This document shows, piece after piece, positions 26,101-32,000 of a stretch of DNA of 32,000 nucleotides (positions are counted from its first letter, which is position 1; every line of letters starts with the position of its first letter). The DNA is from Candidatus Lokiarchaeum ossiferum. GTDB lineage: Archaea > Asgardarchaeota > Lokiarchaeia > Sigyniarchaeales > Promethearchaeaceae. The position numbers and the translations under genes were made by a program. The stretch spans positions 4,650,001 to 4,682,000 of the forward strand of contig CP104013.1 in NCBI GenBank assembly GCA_025839675.1. The letters are read 5' to 3'. The notes below the pieces were generated by a model. That model did not search any database and was not told where the DNA came from. It saw only the letters and a list, made by a program, of their open reading frames with translations.

Positions 26101-27150
26101 TTAAAAAAAATCACCTAAAGTTCGTTGGGTTGATCCTGCTTTTTTTTTGAGACGATTTAGGGCTGTGGTTACTCTTTCTTTATTAAAATTGTGCTTTTCG
26201 CATAATATTTCGAAGATTTTATCTTGATTCGGCTTTTTCCATTTCAACGGAGGAATATTGGGATCTATTTCAGGTTTCAGAAAGATATTTCTCACTTGAT
26301 TAACCATGTCCATATTCAAAGACTCCGAGATCGGTTTCTTTCGAATTTCAATATTATTGTTCATTAATGAATCGATACTGTGATGTGATTTAATTAATTT
26401 ATAAGCTGTTTTTGCTCCAACTCCCTCAATTCCAGGGAAAAAGTCAACTCCCGTTAAAATTCCAATATCAACTAATTGTTCTTGAGTAAGTTCATTGGAT
26501 TGCAATATTTTTGCAAGACTTAACCATTCCAAATCCACTTTTACAGTTGTTGATTTGACTTTTTTTGTGCGGTTTTGGGAGAGATTTCTAACCACTCTTG
26601 GTGCTCCAAAGAGAAGTGCGTCGTAATCCTGAGATCCAACTGCCCATGCATAATTTTGCTTAACTAAATAGGCGGCTTGAGCCTCCCCATCTTGTTTAGC
26701 TTGAATTATTGGGATTCCCATTGCTTTAATAAAATCCTTACTTTCTGCTATCATTTCTGAAGTTAGCTTACTCGAAGCTTGAGCGAAATTTGCAGCTTCT
26801 TCTTCACGACCTAAATCTTGAGCTTCGTGCATCCTTTTGGTAGCATCCTTACGAATAGTTCGTCGTCGTTCAATTTCTTCCATTTTTAAAGGATTAGGAA
26901 GACCATCAAACACAAAAATTGGTTGTATATCTTTTTCGACGATATTAATCGTTCGATAAAACAATCCGGATAAATGTGAGGTTACTTCACCCGAATAATC
27001 TTTTAAAGGACTACCGTCCACTCCACGAATGATTGCTAAAAACTGATAAAGAGTATTAAATGCATCAATGGCAATTTTTTTTCCTACTAAATTTTCAAAA
27101 GTAATTATTTTTTTTTCTTCTTGCACTAAAGGGGTAATTTTCACGCCCAT
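26101..27150 (-). CDS. fen1: flap endonuclease 1
   Basis: It starts MGVKITPLV...AIDAFNTLYQFL and contains the FVFDG and GEAQAAYL blocks and an H3TH region. The C-terminal QRTLGDFF matches the QxxLxxFF PCNA-interaction (PIP) box. Confidence 0.95.
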   Translation of the reverse strand: MGVKITPLVQEEKKIITFENLVGKKIAIDAFNTLYQFLAIIRGVDGSPLKDYSGEVTSHLSGLFYRTINIVEKDIQPIFVFDGLPNPLKMEEIERRRTIRKDATKRMHEAQDLGREEEAANFAQASSKLTSEMIAESKDFIKAMGIPIIQAKQDGEAQAAYLVKQNYAWAVGSQDYDALLFGAPRVVRNLSQNRTKKVKSTTVKVDLEWLSLAKILQSNELTQEQLVDIGILTGVDFFPGIEGVGAKTAYKLIKSHHSIDSLMNNNIEIRKKPISESLNMDMVNQVRNIFLKPEIDPNIPPLKWKKPNQDKIFEILCEKHNFNKERVTTALNRLKKKAGSTQRTLGDFF

Positions 27151-27236
27151 AATCCATCAACTCGTTTAGTTTACTGTAATTTTCTATCTTACCTTCTTTA
27201 TAAATTTGAATTTTTTTTTGGGAATTGCTCTCCTTC

Positions 27237-27818
27237 TTAAATTCGACGCCGTTTCCCACGATATCTTCGCCTTTTTAATTGAGCTCCGCAATGATCACAT
27301 AAGTTTCCGAGTTCATTTGGGGGAAAGACTTGAAAACATTGAGGACAGTATATTTCCCATTGAATTTTTTTCTTAATTCCTTTTTTATGTAATTTGAAGA
27401 TTGGAATTTTTAAAGCACTACAGGTATTTTGAACTGAATAATCATCTGACATTAAAATTATCCTTTTTTCTGCAAAATCTAATTTCAAATCCAAGCAAAG
27501 TCCAATAATACTTTGATCAGGTTTGGATAGTGCTCCAATATCTCCAGTTTTTGTTGCATATGTAGTTACAGTACTTAATGAGTCTGCAGTTGGATTTTGA
27601 ATTCTTAAAATATTCTGGGCTTCAGCAATTTCGATAATTTGTTTGGATCTTGGATTTTTTAAAGCTTCTTCATAAATATCCATCGTAATGTACATTTGGA
27701 TCGCTGGATTTTGAAAAGTAACCAAATTCAAATTAAATCCTGAGACAAAAGCAGTATTATCCAAAACTATAATATCAAATTGATTAAAACTCGGAAGGGA
27801 ACCAGTAGAATGATTCAT
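27237..27818 (-). CDS. nob1: Nob1-type PIN endonuclease with C-terminal zinc ribbon
   Basis: It has a PIN N-terminus (IVLDNTAFVSG) and the blocks KTGDIGALSKPDQSIIGLCLDL and LMSDDYSVQNTCSALKI. The zinc ribbon is CPQC...CDHCG, followed by a basic tail. The ATG at 27818 lies 4 nt after the NAD kinase stop. The alternative upstream ATG at 27842 would overlap that gene by 20 nt. Confidence 0.75.
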   Translation of the reverse strand: MNHSTGSLPSFNQFDIIVLDNTAFVSGFNLNLVTFQNPAIQMYITMDIYEEALKNPRSKQIIEIAEAQNILRIQNPTADSLSTVTTYATKTGDIGALSKPDQSIIGLCLDLKLDFAEKRIILMSDDYSVQNTCSALKIPIFKLHKKGIKKKIQWEIYCPQCFQVFPPNELGNLCDHCGAQLKRRRYRGKRRRI

Positions 27819-27822
27819 GTTT

Positions 27823-28761
27823 CTAATTTTCCAGACTATCATCAGCTAATTTCCGACTGAAAAGGATTTTGTTACGGACTTTATCAAAATATCCAGAAAC
27901 TTGTTCTTTAAATCGGATAAAATAGATATTGTTCTCAGAACAACGAATCCGAATTTTAACTTGGGGACTCACTTTATATTCAGTCTGACCATCAACAATT
28001 ACCAAACCATTGAGTCGTGGTCTTTGAAGATTAATTTCAATTTCGGCAAATGATGGAACGATTAAAGGTCGAAAAACCCCTGTTCCCGCAAATGGGTTTA
28101 ACGGTACTATTTCTAATCCATTAAGTCTGGGATCTAACAAACATCCTCCCGCTGACAATGCATATGCTGTGGAACCAATATGTGTAGATATAATTAATCC
28201 ATCCAAATAACTCGAGGTAAAATAACTACCATCTATTTTGATGTTAGCATAGAGAACTTTAGAAGGTTTAGAAGATATAATTAGCACTTCATTTAAAGCA
28301 AGAGGTAATTTATGATTTCCGATGGTTGTCCCTAATCTCACTGCTTTTTCCAATGAGTATTCTCCTTTGAAAATTTTTTCTAGGTCGGCTTTCAATGCAT
28401 CGGGATCTGATTCCGATTCATCAAGAAAACCAACCGATCCTAAATTTACTCCTAATATAGGGGGAGGATCTTTTTTAGACAAATTTTGAACAACACGGAG
28501 AACCGTTCCATCGCCTCCCACAGAAATTAGAAATTTCGTGTTTGAAGAGGTCATATCTCCGAGATTTTTAGCAAAGTGTCGAATAAATTTTGAAGAGATC
28601 CGAGTTTCAAAGAAAATTTTTTCTTTCCGCTCTAATAGAAAATCTGTAATTATTTGAACTATTTTTAGCGCAGCTGGAGAATCTAAACGGCAAGCAATGC
28701 CTATGGCTCTATGATCTCCTGCTTTGCTCGAATTAATTCCTAAACTTTCGCTATTGTCCAC
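27823..28761 (-). CDS. nadK: NAD(+) kinase
   Basis: It has the GGDGTVLR and NLGSVGFL motifs and the C-terminal STAYALSAGG block. The start is a GTG at 28761, with GGAG 12 nt upstream. Confidence 0.9.
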   Translation of the reverse strand: MDNSESLGINSSKAGDHRAIGIACRLDSPAALKIVQIITDFLLERKEKIFFETRISSKFIRHFAKNLGDMTSSNTKFLISVGGDGTVLRVVQNLSKKDPPPILGVNLGSVGFLDESESDPDALKADLEKIFKGEYSLEKAVRLGTTIGNHKLPLALNEVLIISSKPSKVLYANIKIDGSYFTSSYLDGLIISTHIGSTAYALSAGGCLLDPRLNGLEIVPLNPFAGTGVFRPLIVPSFAEIEINLQRPRLNGLVIVDGQTEYKVSPQVKIRIRCSENNIYFIRFKEQVSGYFDKVRNKILFSRKLADDSLEN

Positions 28762-28819
28762 TAAGTTAATCTCCTATTTATTGGAATGAAGAAAAAAAGA
28801 ATAAAATGAATTTACTATC

Positions 28820-29257
28820 TTATTTTGGAGGAATAACTCGAGTTATGAAGGATTTTCCCATTACGGTCCAAAATTCACATTGAGTTTCTCCCATAAGGTC
28901 TGGATCTGCAATTACTTCATTTAATTTATTAATATTTACCTCATCATCCTCAAATGGGAACATAACATCAAGAGTTTCATAAGATTCGTTATCCATAATG
29001 GAGCAGATTTGTTCTTCTTGCATTACATCAATTAATTGACCTTGACGTTTAATAATTTCTGGAATTTCAACAGAAGTATCTGCTGTCATGGTAAGTGACT
29101 TTTTCTTCTTGGAAAATAATCCTTGACATCCAATTCGAGATTTAGCGTGACCGTGTTTCCCGCTTTTTGAATGATCGTTGGTTGAGACTAAGAAAGGTTC
29201 ACCTTCATAGATGAAGTAGTTTCCCTTTTTCAAGTTATTTGCTGTTTTTCGTGCCAT
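28820..29257 (-). CDS. eif5a: translation initiation factor 5A (aIF5A)
   Basis: 145 aa. The hypusine loop SKSGKHGHAKSRI follows the N-terminal SH3-like region KKGNYFIYEGEPFLV. The C-terminal OB-like domain carries an acidic insertion. Confidence 0.9.
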   Translation of the reverse strand: MARKTANNLKKGNYFIYEGEPFLVSTNDHSKSGKHGHAKSRIGCQGLFSKKKKSLTMTADTSVEIPEIIKRQGQLIDVMQEEQICSIMDNESYETLDVMFPFEDDEVNINKLNEVIADPDLMGETQCEFWTVMGKSFITRVIPPK

Positions 29258-29410
29258 GATTTTTCACTTCAGTATTTCACATAAGAAAATTAATCTAATC
29301 TTATGAAATCAATGTGATAATGTATGCTAGGAAATTTTATGAATTTTTTGATTTTGTTATTTGATTTCTAAGTCGATACTTATTTTGATTGTTCTAACAT
29401 AAAAATACAA

Positions 29411-31666
29411 TCAAATATATTTTTCGATGATCAACTTCAACTGCGAAATTGAATATGGTTTAATTAAAATATCCGTAAAACCATACTCATCAAAATTTGC
29501 CACGAATGGATCATTTTCATATCCGCTCGAAACGATGATTGGTGTGATTTTATCGAGTTTTCGATAGACTTTAATCACTTCTCTTCCTCCAATTCCTCCT
29601 GGGATTGTGAGATCCATTATTATAAGTGTTTTCTTTAAAGGTAATTCCATTGATTCTAATTTTTGGAGAAATTCATTTCCCGAATAATAGGATTCAAATA
29701 GAATTTCGGTTTTCTTCAAAAATCGATCATAGAATCGATGAATCGTTTGATCATCATCTAATAGAATAACTTTTGCTTTAATCTCTGCAGAGTTTGGTTT
29801 ATTTTTTATCTGTTGAGAAGAATCTACATTTTTAGAGACTGGAAGATAAATATAAAAAGTTGTACCTTTATCCATTTGTGAGCTAAAAGTCATATAACCT
29901 TCATGTTTTGATATTATTGAATAACTATTGGCCAACCCTAAACCATTTCCATTATTCTTAGTAGTAAAATAGGGTTCAAATATTTTATGCTGGATCTCTT
30001 TTGGAATTCCTGTGCCAGTATCACTAATTGCAATTTGAATATATTTTCCGTCAGGTAGGGGAATTGATGATTGATTCTTTAGGATTATTTCTGAAGCATA
30101 AGTCTTGATTATTCCTCCTCGAGGCATAGATTGATCTGCGTTAATCACTAAATTATTGAGAACTTGACTTATTTGACTTGCATCGACTTCCACTTGAGGT
30201 AAATTTTCATCATGATGTGATTCATGGCGTGATTTTGATCCCCTAAGCACAAAAGAAACGGATTCTTCAATAATATCAGTAATATTTGCAAAGATTTTTT
30301 GTGGGATACCTCCTTTTGAGAAAGTTAAAAGCTGTTTGGTTAAATCTCTTGCACGAAGGGTTCCTTGCTCCAAATCTGCTAAAATATCATATTGTTCTGA
30401 ATTTAGTTCTTCTAGTTGGAGCAAATTTATGTTTCCTAAAATTGCAACTAGTATATTGTTGTAATCATGAGCAATACCTCCAGCGAGCAAATTAATGGAT
30501 TCTAATTTTTGCTGTCGAATTCTCTCTTCATCAATTTTTTTACGTTCTGTGATATCCCGAACAATTGCCTGAATTCCTATTGGTTCTCCCTCTCGTTTCA
30601 ATATTCTACTGTTCATTTCCACTAAGATGGTGGTTTCATCCTTTTTTAATAATTCTATCTCATATAGTGTGCTTTGAGAATTTCCAAATATTTTTTTATC
30701 GCCATGCATATCCATGACAGGATGAAACTCTGTAGGGACAAAATCTCTAAAATCATGGCCAATCATTTCATTAAATGAATATCCTAATATTTTAGCGCAT
30801 GCTGGATTAATTGAGGTGATAATTCGCTTCATATCTACTCGAATTATCATATCACTTGCATCTTCAACAATAGCACGAAATTCTTTTTGCTGGTCTCGGA
30901 TGATTTGTTCGATTTTTTTTTGTTCAGTAATATCATATCCAACAGTCACCTCATATCCATCTTCAATTTTCACGTCTCGAAAAACGATAATCTTATGGGA
31001 TCCATCCTTACATGTTACTTCTCTAATTCGACTTGAACTGAAGTCATTGTTTTGATAGTTTCCTTCAGTGGGGATTGTCCTTCGATACTCATTATTTGGA
31101 TATGCAAGTTCCATCCATTTTTGTTCCGTTGGAATATCCTGAAGATCATAACCAAGTGTTTCAATAAATGCTTCATTTAAATATACAAGATTTCCTTTAT
31201 CATCAGAAATACCAATTGGAAAAGGAATAAGCTCGACGATCTTATCAAATCTTTGTTGGTATTTTTTAGCAGTTTTTTGGTTTTGGAGTTTTTCCGTGAC
31301 ATCTTCAAAAATTGTTATGAATTCATGGTCAGTGATATTTACATCCTGAAAAGTAACTTGTTTTACTGTTCCATCCTTGCAAGTTACGCTTGAAATTCGT
31401 TGATCTGTGATTGTGTTTGATATTTCTGGGGCATTCTTTTTTATTTTAGCTCGGTACAATTCATCAGGATAGGCGAGATTAGTCCAATGATCTGTTGTGG
31501 GAATATCTTCAATAGTATATCCAAAAATATGAGTGAATTTAGGATTAACATAAAGATTTCTATCCTCGTTATCGCTGATAGCTATGGGAAAAGGGAGTTG
31601 TTCAAACAAAATTCTGAAATCTTTGCTTGAACCTTTTTTGTTTGTTTGATTTTCAGTTTCACTCAT
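29411..31666 (-). CDS. hybrid sensor histidine kinase (3 PAS + HisKA + HATPase_c + receiver)
   Basis: 751 aa. There are three PAS-like modules, and the first two are clear paralogous repeats. The H-box is LAGGIAHDYNNIL. The ATPase has an N box (NLVINADQSM) and G boxes (DTGTGI, GNGLGL). The C-terminal receiver has IIMDLTIPG (phospho-Asp) and LIKPY. Confidence 0.9.
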   Translation of the reverse strand: MSETENQTNKKGSSKDFRILFEQLPFPIAISDNEDRNLYVNPKFTHIFGYTIEDIPTTDHWTNLAYPDELYRAKIKKNAPEISNTITDQRISSVTCKDGTVKQVTFQDVNITDHEFITIFEDVTEKLQNQKTAKKYQQRFDKIVELIPFPIGISDDKGNLVYLNEAFIETLGYDLQDIPTEQKWMELAYPNNEYRRTIPTEGNYQNNDFSSSRIREVTCKDGSHKIIVFRDVKIEDGYEVTVGYDITEQKKIEQIIRDQQKEFRAIVEDASDMIIRVDMKRIITSINPACAKILGYSFNEMIGHDFRDFVPTEFHPVMDMHGDKKIFGNSQSTLYEIELLKKDETTILVEMNSRILKREGEPIGIQAIVRDITERKKIDEERIRQQKLESINLLAGGIAHDYNNILVAILGNINLLQLEELNSEQYDILADLEQGTLRARDLTKQLLTFSKGGIPQKIFANITDIIEESVSFVLRGSKSRHESHHDENLPQVEVDASQISQVLNNLVINADQSMPRGGIIKTYASEIILKNQSSIPLPDGKYIQIAISDTGTGIPKEIQHKIFEPYFTTKNNGNGLGLANSYSIISKHEGYMTFSSQMDKGTTFYIYLPVSKNVDSSQQIKNKPNSAEIKAKVILLDDDQTIHRFYDRFLKKTEILFESYYSGNEFLQKLESMELPLKKTLIIMDLTIPGGIGGREVIKVYRKLDKITPIIVSSGYENDPFVANFDEYGFTDILIKPYSISQLKLIIEKYI

Positions 31667-31688
31667 ATTTCTTTTCTTCCAAGATTCC

Positions 31689-31705
31689 TAGGTTGAATCA
31701 ACCTA
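31689..31705. promoter_or_regulatory. perfect 17-bp palindrome upstream of the histidine kinase gene
   Basis: TAGGTTGA-A-TCAACCTA lies 23-39 nt upstream of the kinase ATG (31666), inside a 52-nt intergenic gap. A one-base centre disfavours a full RNA hairpin and favours a dimeric protein-binding site. Confidence 0.3.
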
Positions 31706-31718
31706 AAAATTTCATGGA

Positions 31719-32000
31719 TTAAATAGCGATTTTTGTTGTTGAAAATGACATATCTGGAATTGAAAAAATTATCGAAAACGGATAACTTAACACAGTCAAA
31801 TTTATTGTTATGTTCTCTAAATTAATTTCGATTTGCTCTTCATCCAAACAAAGTAATAATAGTATTGGTGTCTCATAACTTTCAAAATGTCCAGAGAAAG
31901 TAAAATTATGACTGAAAATCTGGTTTTTTTTTATAATGAGTGGTTCATCTAGCCAAGTATAATTGAGCTGAGCCAAATGGATATTATTCAAGGGAGGATT
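31719..32000 (-). CDS. hypothetical protein, probably 5'-truncated by window edge
   Basis: The track ORF starts at TTG 31991, but the frame stays open to the window end, so the real start may lie outside. The sequence is beta-rich with no motif recognised. Confidence 0.35.
   Translation of the reverse strand, partial: NPPLNNIHLAQLNYTWLDEPLIIKKNQIFSHNFTFSGHFESYETPILLLLCLDEEQIEINLENITINLTVLSYPFSIIFSIPDMSFSTTKIAI

Noticed and set aside
1633-31055. About 28 short (60-144 aa) track ORFs lie inside or antisense to strongly supported genes. They include:
- 1633-1836, 4241-4429, 4588-4776, 5901-6098
- 7021-7305, 7520-7714, 9938-10120, 11019-11240
- 11355-11654, 12122-12325, 13937-14119, 14217-14405
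- 15045-15479, 15879-16082, 17055-17237, 18063-18269
- 18730-18936, 19728-19937, 19977-20159, 20341-20550
- 21212-21448, 23028-23393, 23733-24023, 24360-24545
- 25622-25819, 25883-26083, 30286-30495, 30816-31055
   Set aside because: Each overlaps a longer ORF that carries clear family motifs. Their translations are low-complexity or Cys/Phe/Ser-rich, as expected for shadow frames in AT-rich DNA. None has a recognisable motif.
1-32000. I scanned for CRISPR arrays, transposases or integrases, toxin-antitoxin pairs, restriction-modification genes and other defence or mobile hallmarks.
   Set aside because: I saw no regularly spaced repeats, no DDE/tyrosine/serine recombinase motifs, no terminal inverted repeats flanking a gene block, and no nuclease-methylase pairs. 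The lone SAM methyltransferase lacks DNA-MTase motifs (no DPPY/NPPY or PCQ). The window reads as core chromosome.

Overview
This is an AT-rich, densely coding archaeal chromosomal segment. I support 34 protein-coding calls, two of them truncated by the window edges. I found no rRNA, tRNA, CRISPR array, transposase or integrase.

Recognisable content falls into three groups:
- Housekeeping metabolism: purB and purM, NAD kinase, a class I/II aminotransferase, a GATase1 protein, a UDP-xylose-synthase-type SDR, and a SAM methyltransferase.
- Archaeal/eukaryote-like information and proteostasis genes on one strand: aIF5A, Nob1, FEN1 with a C-terminal PIP box, and Cdc48 with a C-terminal HbYX tail.
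- Other recognisable genes: a TldD-PmbA protease pair, a CPBP intramembrane protease, an MJ0936-type phosphoesterase, an MBL-fold hydrolase, a DedA/VTT membrane protein, a lone HerA/FtsK-class ATPase, a TrmB-family regulator, a Rab/Ras-like small GTPase, and a triple-PAS hybrid histidine kinase.

The Rab-like GTPase in an otherwise archaeal context suggests an Asgard (Loki-type) genome. That is an inference, not something I can verify here. About ten ORFs have no motif I can recognise.

I do not see a self-contained accessory island or an obvious defence or mobile locus. The window looks mostly like core chromosome. The leads most worth a second look are:
1. A zinc-ribbon gene translationally coupled to tldD-pmbA.
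2. The TrmB-regulator/Rab-like GTPase pair, which has a TACT-N4-AGTA palindrome and heptamer repeats upstream.
3. A GC-rich double hairpin inside an unusually long (284 nt) convergent gap, which may be a small RNA or a terminator.
4. An orphan HerA-like ATPase with no NurA, Mre11 or Rad50 partner nearby.
5. A DedA/VTT membrane domain fused to a soluble winged-helix-like tail.

All functional calls rest on motifs read by eye from the translations. No database search was run.
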